A stretch of 64,000 nucleotides of DNA from Octopus sinensis. Lineage: Eukaryota. Both the position numbers and the translations under genes were made by a program. Under the pieces are notes generated by a model, which worked only from the letters and a program-made list of their open reading frames with translations, searched no databases and had not been told where the DNA came from. Each line of letters opens with the position of its first letter. The stretch's first letter is position 1. Shown here in pieces: positions 12,899-26,633 of this stretch. The stretch lies in NCBI RefSeq assembly GCF_006345805.1, contig NC_043014.1:992001-1056000 (forward strand), written 5' to 3'.

Positions 12899-13677
12899 AG
12901 TAAAATCTTAAACGAAAGTATCTCAGTCTGATATTTATTTATATTTGTCGGGTCAGGAGAATCTGTGCCCATGTCCTTCATAGGACCCTACCCTGCCTTG
13001 ATTGGGGAGGTTGGTGCCATTAATATTCCTCTTGGACCTTTGTAAGTTAACACTTGTGGATGGACCCCAACAGGAAGGAGTTCGAAGGGAAAGGTGACGT
13101 TCTGGGAAGGAAGGACTCGTTTTAGTAATTAACGTAGGCGTTTGGGGGTTGAAAGCATTGGGGTGATGGAAGGAGGAGAGGCGGGTTGGTTGGAAAAGCC
13201 TGGGTGAGGCAGCATGACACCAATATTCTGAGGACCAATGGTCGTTCTATAGTAGCGGTAGGAAAGGTAGAGAGAGGAGACACAGCACAGCAATCAGTCG
13301 GGTGGTCATTTTTGGATGCAGTTCATGATGACTAAATTGGCAGCAACACCGTTAGGTTCTGTTGCTGCTGCTTCAGCCGAGAGAACCAATCTTACATAGG
13401 CCCTCAAAATATAATTTTATGAAGGGTCCCTTTCAATACGGACCCTTAGAAAGACATTCATTTTTATGGTTTACTCAGATGAGAAAGGGACGCATCTGCA
13501 TTTTTTACAGGGCTTCCGAGATTGGCGATAGAAAGGGGTTGCAGGGTTTCTTGGACCTGGTCTAAATGCTTGCGACAAAAAGGACTCCACTAAAGTCCTA
13601 TGTATTCTATGCCCGAAAACGTAGACTGTGTGGTCATGGTTGGAATGCTTTTGATTACTAGGTGTCTTCCAGGGAGA

Positions 13678-13713
<36 letters not shown>

Positions 13714-14255
13714 AGGTTAACGTCGTGATGTTTGTAAAGATCAGACAAGGACAAAGTTTTCAGGTGAAAGGCATGATGGGAAGGTGAGGCGTCGGGAGGC
13801 GGGGTGGTCACAGAAACAATAAACAAAAGTGAGGATTGTGGAATAGATTTCATTATTAATTTGATCCGACTTCTTTAATAAGAAAGTCGTTAACTGAGAC
13901 ACACTCCACCACCACACACCACCACCACACCACCACCACCACCACCACCACCAAACCACCACCACCGACAGACGACTTCTCACACACCTCTTCACTATAT
14001 ATATATATGTATATATATATACACACACACACAATATATATATAATATATGTATAGGATATATATATATTATAATATATAATATATAATATATATATATA
14101 TATATACACCACTGCGCCGCCATCATCACCTCTGCACTACTACACAACTAAAGTACCCCCCACGCCACCCCCACCTCACGGACTCAATAACCTTAGTTAA
14201 ATACGAGTCAAATTGTTTGCTGATATGAGAAACGTGCTGAAAAACACGCTCGCAT

Positions 14256-14310
<55 letters not shown>

Positions 14311-14786
14311 ACATATGCGCACACACACACACAGACGCATGCGCACACATGCATGCAAGCACATATTCACACACCCACATATACATTCAACACACATCCA
14401 CATACATGTATACACACAAAACATGCAAGCACATACACATGCAAACACACATATACATGCACACACCTACGCATATATATATATATCTACACAAACACAC
14501 ATTCATAGACTCCAATACACAACTTACACACACACATACACACACACACACAATCCACAATGGGTTGTCCGGATTCTGGATTCTCTAGAAACATCCCCAA
14601 GGGAAACCCTTCGTAGTCACTCGATCATCAAGAAATAGTAGCCAAGCTCCCCTCAACTCACATCCTACCCTCTTAAAAAGAGGACACATCAGATAAAATC
14701 ATCCTACATGTGTCTCAATAGATGAGATGATGGCGGCTGATTATACTTCTTCATCGAAGTCTGGTTAATCAGGCTTGACCTTGGGC

Positions 14787-14821
<35 letters not shown>

Positions 14822-14955
14822 TAGTATTTCATTTATTTTCCACTTGATTTTCACTTTAAATGTTTTAGCGTTTAGTAATGTGACGGACATCAATGATTTG
14901 CAAAGTCTTACATAACTCCAAGTTAGTCTTCTTTATTTTCTGTCATTTATAATAC

Positions 14956-15355
14956 ACTAGCAGTATTGCCCGGCATTGCTCGAGTTTGTAAGGGAAATAA
15001 CTATATAAGCATTTTTAGAGTTATAGCCAAAAAATAGCAAAAAAATTCATTAAAAATGGAAAAAAAATGATGGTAAATTTTTTTTAAAATCGTTGACTCA
15101 TCGTAGACATTTTTAGAGAGTTACTTCCCTTATATAATAGCGAAAAAATGCATTGAAATGGAAAAAAATGATGGTAAATTTTTTTTTAATCGTAGACTCA
15201 TCGTAGACGCGCGCTAATACCCAGAAGGGCTCGATATGAATCACGACTATAAGATACCCGGTTTTGGTTACACTGCACCGCAAAATGTGGGAGTAGTTAG
15301 GAATCTAAATCGTAGGAGACAGACAGTACACAACTTCTCTTTTATATATAAAGAT
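14956..15355 (+). mobile_element. Non-autonomous Helitron-like element
   Basis: 5' ACTAGCAGTATTGCCCGGCATTGCTCG, internal direct duplication, 3' agacagacag...CTTTTATATATAAAGAT; these ends resemble Lep1-type non-autonomous Helitrons. Confidence 0.5.
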
Positions 15356-15434
15356 ATAATTTATATATTTTATTTTTTTCAGATATTTTGGTTGCTCGTC
15401 TGTCTGTTTGTCATTTGAGACATCGCCTTTCAAG

Positions 15435-15902
15435 ATGATGGCTACACTGAAAGTCCCGCCTTTGGCTGTTCCAAGTGCCTACCTGAAGAGAGGGCCACAC
15501 CTATCAAGTTTAGACTCTTGCAGTGGATCGGGAGATTTAGCAAATTCAAACAAAAACTTGATTGACGTAAAGCAGACGACAGAAACATTGAAACAAGCCA
15601 ATGGCATTGGATCGTGCCTGGACAATATCGCTTTTGAAATTGAAGACGAAATTTCCAAAATAGAAGCCAGAAACGGTTTTGCTCCTTCTATCAAATCGAA
15701 GCCCAATAATAGTTATTCCGATGCCATCGCATCGACTTCAAAGGACGAGATATGCTTCACCATCACCGGAAGCAATAACAACGAAAGTATAAGTAGCAGT
15801 GGCGACACCCAGCGGAAAGAACCGGACATTTCCACAAATGATTCAACCATTACATCTCGACGGAGTAAAAATGTTCAAATTTTGGATTTTGCAAACAAAA
15901 AG
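15435..15902 (+). CDS. MYORG: GH31 MYORG-like protein, coding exon 1 (156 aa Ser/Asn-rich N-terminal, probably cytosolic, region)
   Basis: Acceptor tttttttcAG at 15381-15382, then ATGATGG at 15435. Open frame MMATLKVPP...DFANKK ends at donor AAG|GTCAGT (intron starts 15903, phase 0), matching the phase-0 acceptor at 28099. The join is inferred from phase compatibility only. Confidence 0.7.
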
Positions 15903-17142
15903 GTCAGTTTTAAAAACTGTTTTTCTTTCGTTAGATATTCCCTAAAATTAAAGCTTAAGATGGGACACAATGAAACAAACTGCATTGAATCGAAACGAAA
16001 GATAAATAAATAATCTTTATGTAATGAAAGAGGGGATGTAAATGTTTGTTGGTTGGTTGGGTGATTTCTGCAGTCGGGTTTCACATCGTATATATATATA
16101 TATAGAGAGATATAACATAAGAGGTGCAAGATAAGTGCATGTACTGGGCTTGGTGACAGTCAATGAGTAAGGGAACGCTATGCACACACAGACACGCGTT
16201 GAGAAAGAACCAGTTGATGACTGGGGTCGATATGAACGACTTACCTCCTCCCCCGAACTTGCTACCCTTATGTCAAAATTTGAAACTAATAATCGTCAGT
16301 AAAGGCGAAAGTCAAGGACCAGACGTCCATCGCAGAAACCACGTTTCCATGGAATTCATGAAAGCCAGTTTTCTTTTTCCGCCTTTTTCAATCCAACGAC
16401 TTTAAACCCAAAGCATTAGAAGCTATTTTTTAGAAGACATATTTATATATTTCTCGATGTTTTTCCTTTGCATTCTAAATGTAAATAAACCTTCTCGCTA
16501 GGAAGATTAAGGGGTTTTATTTGATGGTCGAAATACAGGAGGTTGCTCTTGTGGAATTAACCGCTCTGGGTCACAGAAAATGAGGGGCCCAAATCCTGCA
16601 GACTGCTTTCAGGCGTTTCTTCTATCCAGGGTAATTTTTTTTAAAACCAGTGTCGCATAAGTTAATAGCAATGAGTGAATTCGCTTCGACAACATTGTTA
16701 AGTAAAGAGTTATTTAAATAAAATAAAATTAATTAGATTTTAAAATAATTACAAAGATTTAATTATCTTTCTCTTTGGTTCGGTGCCGTTTTGTTTCACT
16801 CTGCCCACCATCTTAAAATTGTATTCCTTCTTGATACAAGAACTGTCTCCATATTAGATCAATTTGTTATATGCGGATATCAAGTTCTTTGAAAATGGTT
16901 TCCATGTAAAAAAAAGGACCCAAGTTTTAATTTGTTCAAATGTCTGGATTTGTTCCTTACTAAGAAACACTTTCTACAAGACAACATTTTGACTTTTGAT
17001 TTAAAGTTCTCCATTTTGGTGCCATTTAGATATTTCTCATTAAACGTCATAAATTCTGGTTCGGCGAAGACATTTCTTCAGAAATTGCAACAAAAGAGCT
17101 GAAATTCCAATTTTGTAAAGACGGAAACTCAGTCTTTCTGTT

Positions 17143-17212
<70 letters not shown>

Positions 17213-17217
17213 ACCTA

Positions 17218-17436
17218 TTTCTTTATTACCCACAAGGGGCTAAACATAGAGGGGACAGACATAGGTATTAAGTCGATTACATCGACCCCAGTGCATAACT
17301 GGTACTTAATTTATCGACCCCGAAAGGATGAAAGGCAAAGTCGACCTCGGCGGAATTTGAACTCAGAACGTAGCGGCAGACGAAATACCGCTAAGCATTT
17401 CGTCCGGCGCGCTAACGTCTCTGCCAGCTCGCCGCC
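17218..17436 (-). mobile_element. tRNA-derived SINE, family A
   Basis: Near-identical to the copies at 6671-6888 and 45704-45937. Confidence 0.85.
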
Positions 17437-18079
17437 TTTTCTCTATCTATCTATCTATCTATTTATCTACCACCTACCGATTTCTCCTCTCTTTCTCTCC
17501 CTCCTCTTTCTCACTCTGTTCCTATCCATGCAGTTTTATAAAATAGTTTACAAGATCAAGGTTTAATGATTCAATGGAAAAACCTCGCCAGCTGTTTCTA
17601 GAAAATGTAGTGACTCCTTCACCTCCCCCATCGAGATGGTTGGTAGATAGAGAAGTGCAATAGGAGGAGAGAGGGTCGATTATGTCAAGCCCCGGGTAGA
17701 AAGGGTGTGTAGATTACTAGTAAAGAAGAGCAGTGAACGTCATAGTAGCGGTAGATGGAGTACACCAAGTCTGTCGGTTTGTGAACGGGTGACAATGTAT
17801 TTTCTCAGCAGCAACCACAGAATTAGGGGTAAAATCAAGGTTAGGATTTACAATATATAACGGATTAGTCATAGCTTGGATTACAAAAGAGAATTAAGGT
17901 GTTGGCCATTACAAACGTCTTTTATTTATTGACATACACTCACTCACACGGGTAGGTGTGTATATAACACCTTGAACATAATTTCGCCATTAAATACAAA
18001 ACGGGATACTGACCTCTCCTCTTTGATAAACATGTCCTCGCACGTCCTTGCACCTCGTCACCGTCGTCGTCAGCGTCGA

Positions 18080-18121
<42 letters not shown>

Positions 18122-18477
18122 TACAATCGAAAAACAAATACTTAATTTTTTCCTAGAATTGAAGCGAATCTGATAAACAAATAAAAACATAAATAAAAGT
18201 CACTGAAATTAACCCAAGCTTTAATGAGTGCGCACACACGCCCACACACACACACACATACATAATAGAACAACATGCACACGCATACATACACACATAT
18301 ACGCATTTGCATATATGCATACCCCCACCGCACCCCTATGCAAGATGTCACCCCCCCAAACTCTATACAATGTATAGAAAGAGAGTTAACAGTGAAAACG
18401 AGTAGAATATTGCTCCCTAGCTTGAGGTACTCTCTTTATCGATGTACTCTCTACATTAATGTACTCCCTAAATCAGT

Positions 18478-18830
18478 GTGCCCCCTACATCGATGTACCC
18501 TTTTTTTATTTAAGTACCCCCTACATCGATGTACCCTTTTTTATTATTAATGTACCCCCTACATCGGTGTACCCTTTTTTATTAATGTACCCCCTACATC
18601 GATGTACTCTTTTTTTATTTAAGTACCCCCTACATCGATGTACCCTTTTTTATTATTAATGTACCCCCTACATCGGTGTACCCTTTTTTATTAATGTACC
18701 CCCTACATCGATGTACCCTTTTTGTTTATTAATGTACCCCCTACATCGATGTACCCTTTTTTATTAATGTACCCCCTACATCGATGTACCCTTTTTTATT
18801 AATGCCCCCCCCCGTATCGATGTATTCTAT
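18478..18830. repeat. Minisatellite, about 10 units of 35-38 bp
   Basis: Unit gtaccccctacatcgatgtacccttttttattattaat; variants recur in a three-unit order. Confidence 0.92.
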
Positions 18831-21800
18831 ATATCGATATTGATATACTCCATGTTGATATGCTCTACGTTGACGCACTCTTTATCGATGTACTCCCTAC
18901 TTACTGCTGATATACTCCCTAAATCCACGTACTTCCTATATTGGCGTACTCTCGCCTCATGGATATACTCTCAGAAGTGTTTTTTTTATACCTTCATCAA
19001 GCGGGGAAGAGGAAGGATGGAGCCCTTTAGCCTTTTCAGTAAAGAGGGACTGGAAGACAATGAATAAACATTTTTTTTCTTTTTAATGTTTTTAGTGCCA
19101 GAAGGGAAAGCAGGGCCCATGACCCTCTACAAGGCCTTAAGGACCAGTGGGAAGGCGGGAGGACGGAAGGAAGAGATCCTCAAACTGGAAGCTTGGCCTG
19201 AATGCTTACGACAAGGTGGACTCTGCCAAACCTACCCGGGGTGCCATGTGATGATGTTAAACCGGGTGACAAGTGAGCTCTCCACCCGCCACAAGTAGGC
19301 TTGGAAAGATTCCAACAAATACCACAAGACACTTTGGTCCCTCATTCTTACACTTCTACCAACCCCCGTCCTCCATCGATACTTTTCCTTTTCTTCAATA
19401 ACCATCCAAAGAATTATTCCACTAGGATGTCTTAACCATAGTCTTAGTTTCTTCCACACAGTTGGCCCCTTTTCTCGAGCAGCAACACATCCCCAATCAC
19501 CAGAATCGCCTGTATCTTCTCAGGCGGCACTAAGTTACTTCAGATCTTTGAAGGGGCCGTGCCGTGTCTTCCTGGATTTCCCTCTCTTCGTTTGGGGTTC
19601 GTTTTCGGACAGGATCTAGTGTAAGAATATACTGAGGTGCCATCGGACAAGCTCCACTCTAACATAGGATTCTACACGAAACGCACCCAGAACACGAATG
19701 GTCCCTGCCACAAGGTCTTTACACTGTTTCCGTCTTACCAATTCTTCTCCCAAGACATAACTTTCATTCAAATTTATGATGAAATATACCCACTGTGGGA
19801 CTGAACCCGTTACCATCTGACTGCAAACCAAATCTTAACCACATTACCTTATCCGTAGCCACACCTTCTAGACTGTCGATCTTTTCTGTCTGCAACATCG
19901 ACCCTTCCACCCTTCCACCCCTACACCCCCCCCGTCGCCCTTCCCATCACTTTCTTCTTCTCCAACACAAACCTCCTCCAATTCCTTCTCTACCCCTACC
20001 ACTTTCTCCTCCCCTCCCTCTTCTTCTTCTTCTTCTTCTTCTTCTTCTACCTCTGCTCCCAGCCACTCCACTGTGTCTCCCCCTCCTTCTCTTCTTTATT
20101 CTTTACCTTTCCTTTCTCACACCATCCCTTCCTCCTCCTCCTCCTCCTCCTCCTCTTCCTCCTCTCCTCCTCCTTCCCTCTCCTTTACCCTTCCTCCTCT
20201 TCCTCTCTTATCCCCCTTCCCCTCCAATGTCGTTAGAAGCTTCTTCCTTCAGTTTGGATCGCTTTTGCCAGTAAAACAACATCAAAGCTTCAAACACACA
20301 CTTCTATACACACACACACACGTACGAATATACACACACACACACACATATTTCTATACACACGTACACACAGTTGCATACACCTGCACACACACAGACA
20401 TCACCCTGCACACACACACACACAGATGGCTGCTCTTTCTTCGAGACTAAATTTCTTGGAACATGGCAAATCCTTCTCAACGACGGCCATTGACAGAATT
20501 GGAATTTCCAAAACGTCTACGTCTACCTTGGAGAGAAACATACGAAGGGTTCGGTTCGCCAGTCTATTATTCCCTCTTTCCATATCTGCCCCGACCCCAG
20601 TTGATAAAACTAAACAGCTGACGACTCAGGATCAAATCCCGCCAGTGACTGTAACACCAAAGGTCAGAGTGCTTTCTCTTTTTTTTTTATGTTTTTGTGC
20701 GTTTTTAAAGGTTTATTTTGAGGAAAGGTGGTGGCTGCCACGGTAGGGTACCCGATAATGGGCCAAGAGTTCGTATCCAAGTATTGATATTGCGTTTGTT
20801 TCTGTTTGTTCTGCTCACATGCTCAGTCCACCCAGCCGTAAACAAAAGAGACCACGGGGCAGCGGAGTAATGTCCGTTTCTATAAGCATCAGTCCTGTAC
20901 AGAGACTTACACACACACACACACACACACACACTCAAACTCTCTCATTCTCTCTTACTCTTACATACACACTCACATACGCACACATATAGTGACACAC
21001 GCGCATACACACACATACAGTTATCCCCCCCACACACACACGTTGTTGCTGCTGTTGTAGTTCCTGTTGTTGCTATTGTTTTTATTGTTGTTGTTGTTTA
21101 AACCAAGGTTATTCTAATCTCTGTTGATCTCTCATCCCAATCTTGTATATGGCACGTACCCGTATGTGCCTTGTATATGGCACATACCCGTCTGTGCCTT
21201 GTATGTGGCACGTACCCGGTTGTGGAGTTAGCAAGTTTACTTGGTAACCACGATATTTTAACTTCAATTCCACCGTGTGGCACCTTGAATTTACCAAAGC
21301 TTTGTAAGAGCAATTCGAGACCTGGAAACTGTGAGGAAGCGCTAAGATGGACTGTTTCTTTCCAAGAATGCATATTTTCCTATTCACGACAGTCGGAATG
21401 GTAGGCATAATCCTGGATTTAGGATGTCTTTTAGTGGAGTCCAGTCTGTCGCAATATGGCAGTGGCCAGGTCCCCAGTTTGAGAATTACTTCCTTTCCAC
21501 CCTCTCACATGTCTTGAGGGCCGCAGAAAAGGGGGTATGGTCCTTGTTTTTCTTTCTTTGATCGAGGTTTGTAATACTCACACACACACACACACAGGCG
21601 CGCGCGCACACACACACACACACTCCCGTTGATTTCCATGTATGAGCGTCCAGTTGTTCAATCGACTAAATGATCCGTGAAATTCCTTATAAAACAGTTA
21701 AACAGTCAGCGTTTTTAAAAAATATTTCAGCAATTTATTTACGCGGCATAAATTCAAATGCTCCCTCACCTGTGTTGGTCGTGTACTAGTATTTCGTATT

Positions 21801-22440
21801 TGCCGACGGTGTACAGTCATTCCTTTCTTCAAAGTGCATCTTCTTTGTCCTATGCGTTACATTGTGGCCAGGTCCCCGGTTTGAGGATAACTTCCCTGTC
21901 CCTCACTAGCCTTAGAGTCCATGGAAAAGGGACGCGGTCCCTGTCCTGCCTCCTTTAACTAAAACATGTAATGCACATTTGCATATTAATTAAATTTCAT
22001 GGTGCACAGGCGATGATATTCCTTCCGGTTAATGTCTGCCATCTTGCTTAGTTTGCCACCGAAATATGAATGGGAAATTCGCTTATTGCGGAAGTAATTT
22101 AACATACTAGAGATTTAGGATTAAATTGTTCACAGGTATAATAAGAATGGTCGTGATTAAGCGATTGCAAAACGTTTTAAAGGGATAAATGTCATTTGAC
22201 AAAAAAGTCCGATATTTGATGAAAGAAGGGCCAAACAACAATAAGATGGCGGGAAAAAAATCATCTTTCGATTCAAGATTAGGAATGATCTGGAACTAAT
22301 CTGGGGGTTCGTTGCATCATGCTTGGTTAATTCGATAATTGTGTGTGTGTGTGTATAATTATATTAATCAAACACTTAAACACACTTATCGACTTATTCC
22401 TATTAGTCCTAATATTATTATCATTATTATCATTTTATAT

Positions 22441-22732
22441 ATATTAATAGTTATCGCCATATTAATATGGCAGTCTATAAATATAAGACTAAAGCTGTCG
22501 CTGATTAGCTCCAAGAGGCCATCGCCTCTAGCTAGCTATATGACACACGAACCTGCGTCCATTACAACGCAGGTTCGTGTGTCATATAGCTAGCTAGAGG
22601 CGATGGCCTCTTGGAGCTAATCAGCGATGGCCTCTTGGAGTTAATCAGCGATGGCCTCTTGGAGCTAATCAGCGACAGCTTTAGTCTTATATTTATAGAC
22701 TGCCATATTAGTATGGCGATAACTATTAATAT
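22441..22732. repeat. Foldback inverted repeat with arm-specific 24-bp triplication
   Basis: Left arm 22441-22558, loop ccattaca, right arm 22567-22732 containing three copies of gcgatggcctcttggagctaatca. Confidence 0.93.
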
Positions 22733-23913
22733 CCAGTAACGCTGCCGTAATCTCCTTTAGAGAGACTTAGTAATTTTAATATTTCTATATATATATATAT
22801 TTACGTATGTCAATTCGCGTTGACATTTTCCTCTTTTACGGTGTCTCCTTCTCGTTCTCTTCCTTTCTGAATTTATTTTTCTCTCTCACACACACACACT
22901 CTCTCTCTTACTCTCTCTCACTCTCTCTCTCTCTCTCTTTCACACGCACACACACTTATTTTCTCTTTCTTTCTACCTCTAATAGGCACATATCTTTCCT
23001 TTGTGTCTCTCCCCCTTTAAGCCTTCATCTTTTCTCTCTCCTTCCCCCTCTCACCCTCTCTCTCCCTCTCTTGCTCCAAACTTTCACTTCCAACTCTATC
23101 TACTTTTTCACTCTCACAGAAGTACCTGTGTGTGTGTGTCTCTCTCTCTCCTTTTCTCTCTCTCCCTCTCTCCCTCTCTCTCTCTCTCTCCCTCTCTCTC
23201 TTATAGACACTGTCGGTAATATCCATCTGTAATGTCTCCCTTTTTCCTCTCTTACAGACCCTGTCTCTCCATCCGTAACCTCTCTCCTCTTCCTCTTTAC
23301 CGATTTCCTTTATCTCTCTCACAGTTTTATCTCTGCAAAATGAAATATTCGGATGCCATTAATTCATGTCCGTCCCTCAGGGAATTGTCACCATGCACAA
23401 ATCATCTCGTTTCTCTGTCAAACACAAACACCCCGCCCCCACACACATACTCATTCACACACACACCACACACACACAAACACACACACACACACACACA
23501 CACACTCGCGCGCGCGCGCAAATATAACACTACAATACATGATATGTCTTATCAAAGAGCTTGTACTAATGGCGGACGAGAAGGTAAGCTGAAATTCAAA
23601 TAGTTATGTTGGGTTTTCTTCTTCAATTTTCATTGAAAACACAATTTTTTACATTCATTTCTTTTATGCACCAAGAATTTCTGCGAAATTCTTTCTCAAT
23701 ATTTTTCGATCATTGCGTAATATGACAAATGAGACTGTATGTAATTCTTTGCGTGTCGTCTGCTGCAAAAGAAGCGATTTTCGTTTCCATATTGGTCGTT
23801 GTTATGGTTATGTATTGGTTTGTTGCGCCAAGCACACAACATCATCGTATTTATCATACCATGTCATATTGAATATATTGTTTTTGGATGAGTGTGTGTG
23901 TGTACATGCATAC

Positions 23914-24019
<106 letters not shown>

Positions 24020-24111
24020 GTATATATATACATATATATATATGTATACGTACATATACACATATATATATGTATGTATGTATGTATGTATATATATGTA
24101 TATATTGTATG

Positions 24112-24167
<56 letters not shown>

Positions 24168-24516
24168 CATACGGAGAAAGAGAGATTAATTGAAGGATTG
24201 AGGCATAGATAGAGATATATATTAATGTTTGTTTGGTGTATAGTAATGTATAAAAAAAGACACTCCTTGCAGCGTGTATTACACACACACACATACATAC
24301 ACACACAGACACACACACATACACACACACATACACACACACATACACACACACATACACACACACACACACACACACTCTCTCTCTCTCACACACACAC
24401 ACTCGTACATATGACTGAGTAACATGTTTCTATATATAGTCACGTGCAAACAGGAACACCCTCTCGTCCCTCCGAATATTGACCCAGCGGGACATCCAGG
24501 AATTCACATCTGGGAA

Positions 24517-24570
<54 letters not shown>

Positions 24571-24914
24571 GCGCCAGTACTTGGTTAGTACTCGTTTTCA
24601 GCTGAACACACTGGAACAGCGAAAAATGAAACGCCATGCTCAAGAAGCCAATGTGTTCGGGAATCGAACGCATACTTCACAATAATGAGCTTAACTTAAA
24701 ATTTATGTTACACGCATTCACATAAACACCCCCACCCCCACCCCACACACACGTATACACACACAGACGCATACGCATACATATATATATACATGTGTGT
24801 GTGTATGGTGTCGAAATTGCGATGACATTTGGTTGGCAATTGATGAAGGACAGAGATTTTCTGCTTTTCCTGTAAATTCCTTTGTCGTACCTTTATGCCA
24901 CCATTTTGATTCCA

Positions 24915-24971
<57 letters not shown>

Positions 24972-25384
24972 ATCTATATTGTTGTATATCGGGATGGTAA
25001 TTTTTTTTTACCAAATAAGCACACGCACCGTATAATCGTCCTTCACTCGTCTATTGCTGTTCTTATTGTAACTCGACGCAAGATACATCCTTAACTCCAG
25101 AACGGAGGTCTTCGCATCGTGCTTACATTTCAGGCAATTCCTGCTGGCCAATTGGAACCCACAGGAGGGTAGGGGTCACCGGCGATCGATAGCCAAAGGA
25201 GACAATCCACTTTGTTGACATTGAGTAGTGGAATCCTTTCCTCCTCCATAGTCTAGAGAGGTCACTTACTAGACAGGCCTTAAGCCAATGGGTTTTAGGA
25301 TCTGCTGATACTCCATAAAGTTAAACCCTTTATGGACGTGAAGCCTGAGGAGGTAGTCCCATAAACCGGCCTTATCTAACTTTA

Positions 25385-25448
<64 letters not shown>

Positions 25449-25707
25449 AGTGTGTGTCAGTGTCTATGTAGAATATGAGGAGATTAGTTCACTGGTGATC
25501 TAAACGAATAGGTACGCTGCGTGAGTGCTGTAATTGGTCATCCGTTGGGTTCCAAGTTGAAAACATAGATGACACCCATACACATAGACACACGTATGTA
25601 TATTCTTTGAATGTTTTAATGTGTTAATGTCATTTTGCGCAAAGGTTACACATTTACATATCATTAAATAATAATGAGTGTACTCTGCCAATTATATTAT
25701 ATTATAT

Positions 25708-25788
<81 letters not shown>

Positions 25789-26463
25789 TACATACACATA
25801 CATACATACGTGTGTATGTGTATGTATAAACGTTTATATATGTTCGTCTGTCCTCCCGCTCGGTCTGTTAAGATTTTCCATTTCTCTTTCGCGCCAGCCT
25901 ACTACGTTCGTCTGATAGTCGAAAGACCCTTTCTCTTATTTATCTATTTATGTTGTAATTGTACAATTATTTTCTTCTTGTTGTATAACCGAAAGGCGTT
26001 CGTCTCTTGTATGTGTATCATTTTAGCTTTCTTGTTCTTGTTTTCGTTCTTCTATACATTCGTTTGCTTTTCATAAAAGTTTAATCCCTTTAGCTTAACG
26101 CTCTGGCACTTGCCGGATTCGAGCGGTCTCAACGATAAATAAGTGCGAAACCGCTAGGGCTTCCGAACTCTGGCTAATGAGGAAATCTGCTGTGAATGGT
26201 CCGTGTGTCATGTTTTTGTCTAGTTTTTCGTTTGTTATGTTATCGTCTATCTTTGCGTATGTTGTTTTTTTCGTGTTCTTTCTGTCCTACCCTTGATATA
26301 TATATATATATATATATATCCGTAAATATAAGAGAGTTAACGTTAAATAGGTTAACTCTAGTGCTAGAAATAGCTCCTCCGGTATAATCGCCGACGATAC
26401 CTCCACATAGAAATAGCACTACCCTCAACGTAAGGAAAGTGAAAAACAACTAAAAAGTAGATT

Positions 26464-26542
26464 AATGTTGTACAATTGTTTCTTTATCAATATAATAAGC
26501 AAATTATACTCACATATATATCTATAAATCATCAGCAACATT
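26464..26542 (-). ncRNA. Mirror copy of the hammerhead motif (left arm of foldback)
   Basis: Reverse complement of 26555-26633 with one mismatch, located in the stem II loop. Confidence 0.75.
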
Positions 26543-26554
26543 GCATCAATGACA

Positions 26555-26633
26555 AATGTTGCTGATGATTTATAGATATATATGTGAGTATAATTTGCGT
26601 ATTATATTGATAAAGAAACAATTGTACAACATT
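26555..26633 (+). ncRNA. Minimal type-I hammerhead ribozyme motif (Penelope-like class), sense within the GH31 intron
   Basis: Stem I AATGTTG/CAACATT, CTGATGA (26562-26568), stem II TTTAT...ATAAA, GAAA (26615-26618), palindromic stem III ACAATTGT, GTA triplet (26624-26626). Confidence 0.78.

Noticed and set aside
15903-16013. C-terminal extension of the 201-aa ORF (VSFKNCF...)
   Set aside because: It follows a good donor AAG|GTCAGT and has AT-rich intronic composition.
18478-18830. CRISPR-like array (palindromic repeat about 36 bp apart)
   Set aside because: There are no unique spacers, the units are contiguous, there are no cas genes, and the context is eukaryotic.
22497-22558. Hammerhead within the 22441-22732 palindrome
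   Set aside because: The core reads CTGATTA, there is no adjacent GAAA, and stems I and III cannot be built.
25303-25360. CTGATAC plus a 9-bp hairpin plus GAAG, hammerhead-like
   Set aside because: There are two core mismatches and no stem I; at most an ordinary hairpin.
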